A program made the translations under genes and the position numbers. A stretch of 57,262 nucleotides of DNA from a virus (lineage: Duplodnaviria > Caudoviricetes), in IMG/VR virus record IMGVR_UViG_3300030519_000020, positions 1 through 57,262 of that record, one strand, 5' to 3'. Shown here in pieces: positions 47,695-57,075 of this stretch. The number at the start of each line of letters is the position of its first letter. Within the stretch, counting starts at the first letter, position 1. The notes beneath the pieces were generated by a model. It saw only the letters and a program-made list of their open reading frames with translations. It was not told where the DNA came from and made no database searches.

Positions 47695-48236
47695 GGTCGG
47701 CCCCCCAGTGCGCGGATCCGCGCTCTGTTCGTTCTGTTATGGATGATATAGCTCTGGGATTCCGCCGGGCAATAGCGGATCCAGGCATTCGCCCCGGGTT
47801 CCCCCAGAGCCGACACCCGACGCTGGACCTTGAGGACGTTTCCGAGCCCCCAGTTGAACGAAACCAAGGCTGGGTCAAGTTGCCCCCCTACCCTGGGCTC
47901 CAACCAGTTCATGTAGTTGCACCCGCCCTGGATGGCCGGGCTCGGGTCGAACGGATCGGCCCCCTTCGGCACCCACCCGTTGCGCTGGTAGTCGCTCCAT
48001 GTCCCTGGCATCGCCTGCATCAACCCCTTGGCTCCGGCTGAGGACCTAGCCATGGGGTCGAAACCAGACTCCGCCTGGGCCTGTGCCGCTCTGTCCACCC
48101 AGCGAATTCCGGAGAACTTCATGAACATGGATTGGAACGGCACGATCTCCCCAGGCCCAGGCTTGGTCGGAGCGGCAACCAGCACCGCTCCGACCGAAAG
48201 CGCAGCCAGCATCAGATACCGGATCACCGGAGGCAA
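47691..48236 (-). CDS. SLT lytic transglycosylase endolysin with N-terminal signal/SAR segment
   Basis: AESGFDPMARSSAGAKGLMQAMPGTW, SFNWGLGNV, ESQSY. Confidence 0.9.
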   Translation of the reverse strand: MPPVIRYLMLAALSVGAVLVAAPTKPGPGEIVPFQSMFMKFSGIRWVDRAAQAQAESGFDPMARSSAGAKGLMQAMPGTWSDYQRNGWVPKGADPFDPSPAIQGGCNYMNWLEPRVGGQLDPALVSFNWGLGNVLKVQRRVSALGEPGANAWIRYCPAESQSYIIHNRTNRARIRALGGRP

Positions 48237-48643
48237 CCACTGAGCAGGCCGCCAATGCAGGCCAACATGAGGAGGGCCAGTATGAACCCTCCATTTGAAG
48301 TCTTGTAGCCGTGCATGTTAGCCCCGTCCGTGTCGTTCGCCTTCCATACCACCAGGGAACGCCCGATGGCTGTCTTGGTAAACACGTGATACAAGGTCAG
48401 CGCGGAATAGAACCCGATGGCCATGATCGCAGCGGCCAGTACCAGCCTGACCAGGACCAGCCTCGCCTGGAGCACGGCGTCCCACCACGCGGAGTCGGTC
48501 CCGACTGTTGTTCTGGCGGCATCTGCGGCCAGGGCCACGATGAGCAGAACAGCGGCCCCGGCAATGGACCCGGCCCATCGGGTTACGGACTTACGCTCGG
48601 CAAGGTCCATCGTGTGCGCAGCGTTAAACAGTTTGCTCAGCAT
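48224..48643 (-). CDS. putative holin (3 TM)
   Basis: Three hydrophobic segments; overlaps the endolysin start; AAGGAG RBS. Confidence 0.6.
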   Translation of the reverse strand: MLSKLFNAAHTMDLAERKSVTRWAGSIAGAAVLLIVALAADAARTTVGTDSAWWDAVLQARLVLVRLVLAAAIMAIGFYSALTLYHVFTKTAIGRSLVVWKANDTDGANMHGYKTSNGGFILALLMLACIGGLLSGCLR

Positions 48644-48653
48644 GTGTTTCTCC

Positions 48654-48965
48654 TTATCGGTCAGTGCGGACTTCGGCGTCCGGGTTGGCAATGCAGGCAT
48701 CGAGTAGACGCTCCAGCCAGGGCAGGAAGTTCTCGTAGGTTCCCCAGCCATTCGGGGAGTTCATGGCTTTGAACCGCTTGGGGGTTGCCTCCATCTTGGC
48801 GATGCCTTTAGTAAGAGGTTCGACCAACTGGCTGGCGAGGGTAAACCCATTTTCGGGGGCTCTCCACAGGCAATCGTAGATTCCGGCGGCTTTTGCCATG
48901 GTCCCGAGGTTGTGTGTGATGTTCGCCTCGTAGACTCGGGTGTAGAGATCGATGTCTAGGCTCAT
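48654..48965 (-). CDS. conserved-type phage hypothetical protein
   Basis: MSLDIDL..ANITHNLG..NGWGTYE..AC..NPDA. Confidence 0.75.
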   Translation of the reverse strand: MSLDIDLYTRVYEANITHNLGTMAKAAGIYDCLWRAPENGFTLASQLVEPLTKGIAKMEATPKRFKAMNSPNGWGTYENFLPWLERLLDACIANPDAEVRTDR

Positions 48966-48966
48966 A

Positions 48967-49299
48967 TCACACCCCCGGGGGGAGGATGAGCCGTTTGGCC
49001 GGCGGGAGTGCCAGCCCGTGGCCGTTCTTTTTGAGCATGACGCTGGCATGGTGCTGCATGAGCGTGACAACCTGCCAGCAGGCCACATGGAATTGCATGC
49101 ATGGGGTCTGCCCATCCACCGGGCGGGCATGGGGCACGGGGACGCGCACGGTCGGCAGCGGGGCCCGGGTGCCACAGGTTGGGCACGGCATCCCGGCCTG
49201 ATCGAAGTCGGGAAAGATCGGGCTCGGGTATTTCACTTCAAATCGGACCTGGTTCCCAGGTTCGGGTTGTTTGGTGTTCAGCGGTTCGGGTTCACTCAT
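48967..49299 (-). CDS. hypothetical protein
   Basis: 110 aa; CPTC. Confidence 0.55.
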   Translation of the reverse strand: MSEPEPLNTKQPEPGNQVRFEVKYPSPIFPDFDQAGMPCPTCGTRAPLPTVRVPVPHARPVDGQTPCMQFHVACWQVVTLMQHHASVMLKKNGHGLALPPAKRLILPPGV

Positions 49300-49608
49300 C
49301 GTCTTCTCCGTCTGCGGTCTGGTTGGCTTCGTCGCTCACGTCTATGATGCGCTCGCAGCCACCCAGCTCATCATCGTCATCCCAATCCCCGGGAAGGTAT
49401 TCAGGGGGCGTTGGCATCGGGGACCTCCACCATAGCAGCCGCTTTGACACGCTTCAGAGACTCCTGGAGTTGGTGGGGCGTCCGCGCTTTGAACGGGATG
49501 CCGAACAGGGCCGCCCAGTTGGCATACTCCTGGACCGAGTTGGGCGGGGCCGGAGCGGTGAACGTTCCGGAAACGATCAGGTCGCGGGTTCTGGTCACGT
49601 AGGACTCC

Positions 49609-49992
49609 TCAAAAGGGAATGTCGTCTTCTTCGTAGCCACCGGCCTGGGGTGCCGGGGATGGCCTCGGGGTCGCATCCTCTCGGGGTCCGATCATCTTGA
49701 AGTCGTCCACGTCAAGGTCGTTGGCCTGTCGTTTCACTCCGTCCTTCTCGTATTCGCGCAGGTTCAGGGAGCCGACCACCTGGATCTGCTTGCCTTTGGC
49801 CAGCAACTTCTCTGCCCGCTCGGCAGACTTTCCGAAGATGGTGCAGCTAAACCACATGGTCGTTTTTTTGTCACCCCAGCCGTGGTCCACGGCGAGCGAG
49901 AACTTGCATAGAACAGTCCCAGTGGGAGTGACCTTCAGTTCGGGGTCTCTCCCAACCCGGCCAGTGCAGTGGTAGCAGTTGTTAACGTCCAA
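49609..49992 (-). CDS. ssb: single-stranded DNA-binding protein
   Basis: GRVGRDPELK..FSLAVD..KGKQIQVVGSL; acidic tail EEDDIPF. Confidence 0.95.
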   Translation of the reverse strand: MDVNNCYHCTGRVGRDPELKVTPTGTVLCKFSLAVDHGWGDKKTTMWFSCTIFGKSAERAEKLLAKGKQIQVVGSLNLREYEKDGVKRQANDLDVDDFKMIGPREDATPRPSPAPQAGGYEEDDIPF

Positions 49993-50477
49993 CGGATTCC
50001 TCCTTGTGTTGTGGTTTCGGGGCCTTGATCCATGATGGAAGTGGCCCCGTCTTCTGCGCTTTGATGGCGTCTTGCACTTTCGCCGCTATCTCCCTGAGCT
50101 TGGCGGGGGAGAACGGGTCGTCCAGATCGAGGTCATCGTTGTAGTCGGTGGTCATTAGTTGGCGATCCTGGACAACTTCAGTTGTGGATACGGCCGCCGC
50201 AGTGGTCACACTTGAGCCAGGGGGTGCCGGGAAATTCGGGAACCAGATGGCCCCGACTACAGGCGGGGCAGTCACGGCCGGGCAGCGCGTTGGGATCTGG
50301 TTCTCCCTTGGCCTTGCGGATCTCGTCCTTGATCCATTCGGCCTGCCGGGTGAGGTCGCGGTGCTGGATCTCCAGACTGCGCTGCGCTTCCTCCAGCGCG
50401 AGGACGGATCGTTGGACCATGCCCAAGACCATCTGCATTTCTATCACGGGATCGTTCATGGTCATCCTCCTGGACAT

Positions 50478-50657
50478 TCACTTCTGGTTGAGTTCGTCTT
50501 TCAGATCGGCTTCGGCATGGGCCTTGTCGCGGATCGGGCCGAACCCCTGGTGTAGGACTTCCGGCTTCCTCTTGCTCCAGCCGTTCATCTTGTTCGGCTT
50601 GCACATGAGGCACCCGGCCCGCTGGTTCTTGGCCTTCTTACGCTTGTGGTGGGCCAT
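50478..50657 (-). CDS. small basic CxxC protein (MAHHKRKK..AGCLMCKPNK)
   Basis: AGGAG RBS; preceded by a structured leader. Confidence 0.65.
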   Translation of the reverse strand: MAHHKRKKAKNQRAGCLMCKPNKMNGWSKRKPEVLHQGFGPIRDKAHAEADLKDELNQK

Positions 50658-50965
50658 GGGATGCTCCTGGACAATAGCAATCCAAAGTCCTGGCCACTTC
50701 GCTTCGGTCGTGCCCCGCATAGCGGGCGAAGCGAACAATGGCCAGGATAGCGAGAAGGGGGAGCTGACGGGCACGACCCCGACACCCTCAGTTTAATCCT
50801 TCTTCAGTTTGGCGCCAACCTTTTTGCCCATACCCCCCTCTTCTCCCCGCGAGGGGTAGACCACAGGTTTTGCCCAACCTTCAGTAGCGTGCCTGTGTGC
50901 CATGTATTCTTCGGGGTGTTCAGGGTCAAACGGCGGCTCGAACTTTTGTTCACACATGTCAGCTC

Positions 50966-51106
50966 CTACTTGGCCCCGCGCTTGGGCATGGCCTTCTTCT
51001 TCCCCTTGGCCTTGTGGACCTTCTTCGGCTTACTGCCCGGGGTTGGCATATCGTTGAGGGGCTTGCCGGCCGCGCCCATGATAAACCCTGCGTTCTTCTT
51101 CGCCAT
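50966..51106 (-). CDS. small Lys-rich protein (46 aa)
   Basis: AAGGAG RBS; MAKKNAGFIMG..KKKAMPKRGAK. Confidence 0.55.
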   Translation of the reverse strand: MAKKNAGFIMGAAGKPLNDMPTPGSKPKKVHKAKGKKKAMPKRGAK

Positions 51107-51186
51107 CGGATCGCTCCTTGAGGTGGGCCGGGGACCGCCGGCACGGGTGAAACATCTGCCTGTATTTTAGGGCAGAACTGACATAA

Positions 51187-51603
51187 TCACGCGAATTTCC
51201 TTAATGCATCTTGCAGCCATCGCAAGGCTTGCCCTGAGTTGATCTGGTTGGAAGTTACCGACAGGATATGCCACCCCGCCAGTGTGGCGATGTTGGCCTT
51301 CTCGGTGTCACGGTTTACCCCGACCCCGCTGGTATGCCCGCCCTTGGCCCAGATCCCCCCCTGGATTTCTACGAGGATTCTCCCCCTTCTGGGCCAAGCA
51401 AAATCCCATCGCAACTTGCGCCCAGGAATGGCGCAGTATTCGGCCTCCATGCCATCCTGGAGTCCCGCAAGTTCGATCTGTTGCCGTAGCTTGATCTCAA
51501 GCTTACTGGTCCCCTTGGTGGTCTTGCGCTTCGCGGGTGAAGCCTTTCCTTTGGCCGGATGCTGGGCCACGCGGACCAACTGGGCGAAGCGGGATAGGGT
51601 CAT
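51187..51603 (-). CDS. PD-(D/E)XK endonuclease (Vsr/DUF559-like)
   Basis: RWDFAWP..LVEIQGGIW..GGH..RDTEK.N.A.LAGW. Confidence 0.8.
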   Translation of the reverse strand: MTLSRFAQLVRVAQHPAKGKASPAKRKTTKGTSKLEIKLRQQIELAGLQDGMEAEYCAIPGRKLRWDFAWPRRGRILVEIQGGIWAKGGHTSGVGVNRDTEKANIATLAGWHILSVTSNQINSGQALRWLQDALRKFA

Positions 51604-52538
51604 GACTGCGGTGCCCCCGGCTGCGAGAGAAGCGTTTCAACGGCGTCAGCAAGGGTTCGCGCCGCCTTAAGCGCACCAGAGAACTGCGTCCAGGACTCCA
51701 CCTTGTTGGGTCCGAGGGTCAGATCATTGAGCGCATTGTTCGTCAGCAGAGTAACGTTCGCCACCGTCAGGTCGATGTCCAAGACGTTCCCCACCACAGC
51801 GACGGACGGGGGCGGCGTGGGGCGTTCTTTGCGGGGCCTCCCCACGGGGCGTTTGGCCGGCTTCGGGGGCTCAACCGGCTGGTCATCTTGGACCGGATCG
51901 GCATCCGGGCTCGGAGCCGGTTCGACCATAGGCGGATCTTCCAGCCCATCGTCGTAGCCGTCAGGATCGCTGGGCAGAACCACTGACTCAGCCTCCGCGT
52001 CCATCGCCGCCTCTTGGTCCAGGTCGGCCTGCATCCTGGAGGAGTAGGACTCCCGCTGCGCGTCCATGAGGTTCGTGAATCCCTTCCACGTTGCCAGGAA
52101 TTCTGCCCACCGGTCGTCCTCAACCAGTTCCGGGAAGACGACCCCAAGATCCAGTCGGCTTCCCTCAATGTCCCTGGGCCACTGGAACAGCCAGGTAATC
52201 GTGTCGTCGTCGCGTTCCACATCAGTTAGCCAGGGGTTCCCCAGGATCACTTGTCGCTGGGCCAGGGCGCACGTCTTACTGTGGCGTTCATCGTTCACCA
52301 GGGCCGTCTTGAGCCCGGCAGTAGTGGCGCAGGTGCAGGTATTGGGGAAGTCCACGGTCTGGACCAGGATGTCCTCCGCGTCCCACGACAGGTGAATCGG
52401 GTTCGGGAAAGCCTTGGGGGTGATCCCCAGCATTGCCAGGACGTGTTTCTGGGACTTCGTGCTGTTCTCGTCTTCCTTGGTGAGCAGGAGAACCTGTTTG
52501 AGGCTCTTGTAGAGGCTGTTGCTGACTTCGATATCCAT
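51600..52538 (-). CDS. hypothetical protein with an AT-hook-like RPVGRPRK motif
   Basis: 312 aa; AAGGA RBS. Confidence 0.7.
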   Translation of the reverse strand: MDIEVSNSLYKSLKQVLLLTKEDENSTKSQKHVLAMLGITPKAFPNPIHLSWDAEDILVQTVDFPNTCTCATTAGLKTALVNDERHSKTCALAQRQVILGNPWLTDVERDDDTITWLFQWPRDIEGSRLDLGVVFPELVEDDRWAEFLATWKGFTNLMDAQRESYSSRMQADLDQEAAMDAEAESVVLPSDPDGYDDGLEDPPMVEPAPSPDADPVQDDQPVEPPKPAKRPVGRPRKERPTPPPSVAVVGNVLDIDLTVANVTLLTNNALNDLTLGPNKVESWTQFSGALKAARTLADAVETLLSQPGAPQS

Positions 52539-52563
52539 CGGGATCCTTTCGTAGCAGTGGTGG

Positions 52564-52779
52564 TTACGGACGCCGCATCGCAGCGAGTGCGCGGGTAAGA
52601 TCGAGAGATGCCCGGCGCATGGCACCGGATTCTGCGGGAGCGCTAGGGTAGATTTTGTGGATTACACCATCGTATTCATATTCCCCATCTGGGTTCTTGG
52701 TGGCCTCTCGGTAGTCATTTACCCGGTCCAAGAACCGCTTCGCTTCTGCGACAGCTCGGTAAAGATCATCCTTTTGCAT
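52564..52779 (-). CDS. conserved-type phage hypothetical protein
   Basis: AVAEAKRFL..GAMRRASLDLTRALAAMRR. Confidence 0.7.
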   Translation of the reverse strand: MQKDDLYRAVAEAKRFLDRVNDYREATKNPDGEYEYDGVIHKIYPSAPAESGAMRRASLDLTRALAAMRRP

Positions 52780-52911
52780 GGTTCTCCTTTAATGGTTTGT
52801 CTTGTCCGGTTCCGCCGCAGTAATCGCAGCGCACTTCTACACCATTGTTGTCCCCTATATCCACGTAACGGACGCCACTCCCATTGCACCAGACGCATTC
52901 GTTCCCGTTCA

Positions 52912-53313
52912 TTAGTCTTCCTCCTTGTACCACGGTCTGGCTGGTATCGGTTTGGGCGGGGACTCGTCCACCTCCCGCATGGGGGTCATCCGTGTCTGGC
53001 CCCCCTTCCACTTCGGATGGTCAGCATAGAACCTTGCTCTGGTCTCTTCAACCTCTGGCAGGTTTCCCCACACCGCCTGCTCGCGTTTCTGTTCGACTTT
53101 CATGCAGTAGTCGTCGCCGCACGTCATGACCGGGACGTTCTGCTCCTTGGTCAGGATGGTGTTGGGATCGGGCGGGACAACCGGGACGTGGTTGTAGGTC
53201 TCGAACTCCCGGCCGCACACATAACAGAATGCTTTGGTGCGCCCCAGATGGGCCGCTACGGCGTCCCAGTCCTTGTGACCCTGCAATGGGTGGATGGCTG
53301 GATCAGAGCGCAT
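52912..53313 (-). CDS. hypothetical protein
   Basis: GGAGG RBS; CYVC..CGDDYC. Confidence 0.6.
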   Translation of the reverse strand: MRSDPAIHPLQGHKDWDAVAAHLGRTKAFCYVCGREFETYNHVPVVPPDPNTILTKEQNVPVMTCGDDYCMKVEQKREQAVWGNLPEVEETRARFYADHPKWKGGQTRMTPMREVDESPPKPIPARPWYKEED

Positions 53314-53388
53314 GGATGCACCTCCACATCTCCTCCAAGCATACTGCGCCGACAGAGAACCAGATGATCTTGACTATCGTCGTGATCT

Positions 53389-54204
53389 TCATTCCGCCCG
53401 CCTCGTCCTCAGATCCGGCAGTGGTGGCAGTATGGCATCCGGGCTAAGCCCGATCAGCCGAGACACAAGGCGGGGACCGTAGATCGCAGGGTTGGCCAGC
53501 CCAAACACCTTGTTCCCCTCCGTTTCTGTATCAGTCACGGACTTGTTGCTGGTCCAGAACAAGCGGGCCTCATAGCCGTAGGCCGCGTCCACCAGAAGTT
53601 CCAACTGCTCGTTTGAGTATCCACCTCCTTTCACGTTCTCCATCCCAAGATCGTCCAGGATGAGGACCCGGTGATGGTCCTGGTCAGCCTGAATCCACTG
53701 GATCAGCCCTTCGGTTGACGCCCCGGGCATAGCCCACTCCCGCCTCGCAGCAAGGTTCTTCATGCGACTTGCATACGCCGGCCAGCCAACCCACCTAAAT
53801 TCAGTGACGGGGTTCCCTCCAACGCACTGTTCCGAGTCGTCCGTCCAACGTGACGGACCAGCCGCCGTGATCTCGTCCCGAAGCACTCTCTGGATCTGAG
53901 CTACCAACGCGCAGGATTTCCCACACCCTGCGTTCCCAATGAGCCCGAACCCGTAGGCCGGGAAGGCGTTCCAGCACTTCAGGCTAGAGATAGCGGTAGG
54001 AATCACTTCACGCTTGGCCTTCTGGTCACGGGGCGGGGCCCCGATGGCCAGAAGCGTCCGCCGGATCCGCTCCGCGAAGCCAGTGGCTTTCTCCGCCTCG
54101 TAGACTGCCTCCAACCGTTCGTTTTTGTCGAACACTTGGTTCGGGTGGGGCGTGGGCATGAACTTACTCAGCGGTCCTGCGGTCGTTGAACTGGGCTGTG
54201 GCAT
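53389..54204 (-). CDS. DnaC/IstB-like AAA+ helicase loader (start uncertain)
   Basis: Walker A GNAGCGKS, Walker B LILDDLG, WTSN, RLVSRL. Confidence 0.85.
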   Translation of the reverse strand: MPQPSSTTAGPLSKFMPTPHPNQVFDKNERLEAVYEAEKATGFAERIRRTLLAIGAPPRDQKAKREVIPTAISSLKCWNAFPAYGFGLIGNAGCGKSCALVAQIQRVLRDEITAAGPSRWTDDSEQCVGGNPVTEFRWVGWPAYASRMKNLAARREWAMPGASTEGLIQWIQADQDHHRVLILDDLGMENVKGGGYSNEQLELLVDAAYGYEARLFWTSNKSVTDTETEGNKVFGLANPAIYGPRLVSRLIGLSPDAILPPLPDLRTRRAE

Positions 54205-54613
54205 CGGCACTCCTGGGCAGTGTGGTTTCGGCTGCGACCGTGAAGTCCTCACCGTTCAACCAGTTTACAAACTGTTTCAGGTATTGGGGTTCAGTAAACC
54301 TCCGGTAGGCTTCTGCCGACTTGAGGATCTGGGCATCCGTAGCCCCTGCCTTGATGTGCTGCATGTAGGCCATAGCCGATGCCATCGGGGCGAAGTTTTT
54401 ACCTTTCCCGAACAGGCTAGCAACAGCCCAGTAGGGGTCAAAGTGATCCTCCAGGACATCCTTCAACCCAAGCTTGGGGGGCAAAGCCGGGTCTGGAGGC
54501 GGTTTCTTCATGGACGGTTTGGTCCCCCTGACGATGGTTTTGGACCCAGCCCCCGTGACGGGGATCATGATCCCGCAATGCGGGCACTGGATAAATTGTT
54601 CTGCTCTAGTCAT
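54164..54613 (-). CDS. replication-initiator C-terminal-like protein with an N-terminal CxxC
   Basis: GATDAQILKSAEAY..PQYLKQFVNWLNGEDF; directly upstream of the loader. Confidence 0.6.
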   Translation of the reverse strand: MTRAEQFIQCPHCGIMIPVTGAGSKTIVRGTKPSMKKPPPDPALPPKLGLKDVLEDHFDPYWAVASLFGKGKNFAPMASAMAYMQHIKAGATDAQILKSAEAYRRFTEPQYLKQFVNWLNGEDFTVAAETTLPRSADATAQFNDRRTAE

Positions 54614-54950
54614 GTCCTCCCTCTCCGACGATCTGGAATGTGTGGGCCAGCGTCACGAATCCGCTGACCTTCCTAGAATTGGGCACTACGTCCTCCGAAC
54701 TAACAACCTGCCCCCTGGCGTAGATCACCATACCTGGGCGCAGACGGTCCTTGTATGCGTTGACCGTAGCCGTTCCCTGTAGGACCACACGCATGGGTAT
54801 AGGCTTGCGGACCTCCTTACCAAACCGATCCCGGAGGATTGTGATTGTCTTGACCCGGATTAAGAGCCACGGGTATGGGTCGCGTCCATGAAGTACCTCA
54901 CCAGTGACGATGCCGCCAACCCCGCTGTCATTGAGAACAAATGTTGTCAT
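54606..54950 (-). CDS. SSB/PriB-like OB-fold protein
   Basis: Beta-rich; RLRPGMVIYARGQV. Confidence 0.5.
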   Translation of the reverse strand: MTTFVLNDSGVGGIVTGEVLHGRDPYPWLLIRVKTITILRDRFGKEVRKPIPMRVVLQGTATVNAYKDRLRPGMVIYARGQVVSSEDVVPNSRKVSGFVTLAHTFQIVGEGGHD

Positions 54951-55077
54951 GTTAGATGTTTGCTCCTTTTATCCCGCGTTGCGCGGGGCTCCCCGCGGGG
55001 TTATCGATCAGGTGGGGCGAAGCAGGGGCGCTGGGCGATACCGGGTGCGATATGGCGCGGGCAGCGCCTGGACATGC

Positions 55078-55446
55078 TCAAGCCCGGCGGCGGGCGTCAG
55101 CGAAATTGGGATCGGTGAGAAACTGCTTGAAGGTCAGGTCCGGGCAGCAGTCCGTTAGGTCCATGAAGGCGGCGTAGCGCCGCCGGTTCCGGGACACCTT
55201 GGGTGGCTTCGGGCTGTTCGTTGCCACGAAGTCGATCCCGGCAGGCGTCACGTAGAACACCGAATCCCCGACTGGCAGGAGTGCATGCCCTTTGTTCTCG
55301 GTCATGAGCCCAGCATCGGTGAGGGCGCGGCAGGCATCCCAATCCTTGGACCCGGGGCCGGTGACAAAGTGATTGCGGTACTGGCGGCCCTGACCATATT
55401 CGTCAAGGCCGAGGGAATGCTGGAGGATGTGGAGGTGTTCTTTCAT
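55078..55446 (-). CDS. conserved-type phage hypothetical protein
   Basis: HSLGLD..YRNHFVTG..FYVTPAG. Confidence 0.75.
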   Translation of the reverse strand: MKEHLHILQHSLGLDEYGQGRQYRNHFVTGPGSKDWDACRALTDAGLMTENKGHALLPVGDSVFYVTPAGIDFVATNSPKPPKVSRNRRRYAAFMDLTDCCPDLTFKQFLTDPNFADARRRA

Positions 55447-55474
55447 GCGCCCTCCGGGCGGGAAATGGACAAGA

Positions 55475-56575
55475 TCAACCGGCGAGGTCGTCTTGGTCGA
55501 ATAGAAGTTGATGGGATGCCTCGGTGGATGGCTTGAGGCAGTAGGGGCTAAACCAGATCCGTTCCTTGCTGGCGTTCTCGCGACCCCGGGTATCGCCCTG
55601 GGAACCGTAACCGCCCCGTGCCTTCCATTTCAGGCAGGTCCAGCCTTCGGGAAGTTCGTGTTCCCCCTGGTAGCCACAGAGGGCGATGCGGAGCAACGGG
55701 TTGTCCCCGTTGGCAATGGCCCACTTCCGAACGTCATGGGCCACAGTGGACGAATCGACGGAGTAGAGGTCTTCCTGCCGGTCAGCGGTATCCGCATAGG
55801 GCGGGTCGAGAAAAACGCCCGTGATGCCATGTTGGAACGTCACTGAATCGCCCATGACCCGCGTCCAGTCGCCGCTGCACACCCGAACATTGCGGAGCCG
55901 TTCCGCCAGTTCCATGAAGGTTGCGAGAATGAAATCGCCCCTCCCAGCGTCCCCCAGGTGGGGAAGCTGGCGGTTCACGCCCATCCCAGCGTTACCCAGG
56001 TGGGGAAGCTGGCGGTTCACGCCCCTCCCAGCGTTACCCAGGTGGGGAAGCTGGCGGTTCACGCCCATCCCAGCGTTACCCAGGTGGGGACGCTTGCGGG
56101 CATCGGTCAACTGCCCCTCCTCGATGGACCAGGGTCCGTTCCCTGAACACCAGCCGGACCCGATCCATGAGCAGACTCCCCAAACCCACCACCCGGCGAT
56201 CTTGGGATCAAAGAAGTCCGGGTCGCCCTCAAGCCTTGCGGTGAGAGTTTCACGCTGCTGGACGAGCCAGATGTGCCGGGCGTGGAGGTCGTTCTCGTTT
56301 ACCGGCCAGTCGGCAAAGTTCGCGGTCGCCTCCGGGTCTGCCTGGATGGCCCTCCAGAAGTTCGCCAGGAAACCGTCCTTGTCGTTGACGGACTCGGAAC
56401 CGGTGAAGGGCTGGGGCCGGAGCAGCAGGACCGCGCCGGATCCAAAGAACGGCTCAACGTAGTTCCGAACGTCCCCAAAGGCGTCCCAGACTTCCTGGGC
56501 CACCGTGGACTTGCCTCCGAACCATGGGAAAGGGGATTTCAAGACGGACTCCTGAAGGGTGCTGAATTTGGACAT
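55475..56575 (-). CDS. DNA adenine methyltransferase (Dam/D12-like) with an internal tandem repeat
   Basis: FPWFGGKS, YVEPFFGSGAV, FLDPPY. Confidence 0.92.
   Translation of the reverse strand: MSKFSTLQESVLKSPFPWFGGKSTVAQEVWDAFGDVRNYVEPFFGSGAVLLLRPQPFTGSESVNDKDGFLANFWRAIQADPEATANFADWPVNENDLHARHIWLVQQRETLTARLEGDPDFFDPKIAGWWVWGVCSWIGSGWCSGNGPWSIEEGQLTDARKRPHLGNAGMGVNRQLPHLGNAGRGVNRQLPHLGNAGMGVNRQLPHLGDAGRGDFILATFMELAERLRNVRVCSGDWTRVMGDSVTFQHGITGVFLDPPYADTADRQEDLYSVDSSTVAHDVRKWAIANGDNPLLRIALCGYQGEHELPEGWTCLKWKARGGYGSQGDTRGRENASKERIWFSPYCLKPSTEASHQLLFDQDDLAG
55936..56090. repeat. 42-bp in-frame tandem repeat, about 3.7 copies
   Basis: Encodes RQLPHLGNAG(M/R)GVN. Confidence 0.95.
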
Positions 56576-56580
56576 GCGCG

Positions 56581-56829
56581 TTATTTGACGGTGTTGGGGT
56601 CGATCCAAGAAATCCCGGTGGGGGTACCTTGGGCGTCCCGCGAGTCGATGGTCAGCAGCCCCATGTCATCCCCGGCGTTGACGGCGGCGATCTCGGCGGG
56701 TGAGAGAGGGGCGTCACCTCGGGTTGCGTTGATGATGGCCTTGAGGTGGTCCTGAACCACGCTGGCCCGGATGGATCTTCCGCAAAGGATCAAGGTATCC
56801 TTCTTTCTGGCGCGGCTGCGCCTGGACAA
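56581..56829 (-). CDS. hypothetical protein
   Basis: 82 aa in the gene run. Confidence 0.5.
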   Translation of the reverse strand: MSRRSRARKKDTLILCGRSIRASVVQDHLKAIINATRGDAPLSPAEIAAVNAGDDMGLLTIDSRDAQGTPTGISWIDPNTVK

Positions 56830-56834
56830 GAGAT

Positions 56835-57032
56835 TCAGTTGGAGCCGATGTAGAGGGAATTGAGGACGGTTTCACCCGGATCCGGAGCGGCGGCGGCCAG
56901 GGCATCACCCAGGTCGGCATCATCTGGCATGACCTGTGCCCTGACCCAGATCGTTTCGTGCCCAGTCTGGATGGGCTGGTGCTTCGGGGTGAGCTGGCAT
57001 TCAGCGGCGTAGAGGTTGACGGCTCGCATCAT
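56835..57032 (-). CDS. hypothetical protein
   Basis: 65 aa in the gene run. Confidence 0.5.
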   Translation of the reverse strand: MMRAVNLYAAECQLTPKHQPIQTGHETIWVRAQVMPDDADLGDALAAAAPDPGETVLNSLYIGSN

Positions 57033-57075
57033 GGCGTTCTACTTTCTGGCGCGGGCTGCGCCTGGACAGGTGCGG

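Noticed and set aside
55936-56090. Possible CRISPR array (also the 15-bp and 17-bp repeats)
   Set aside because: Repeats are contiguous without unique spacers, and no cas genes are present.
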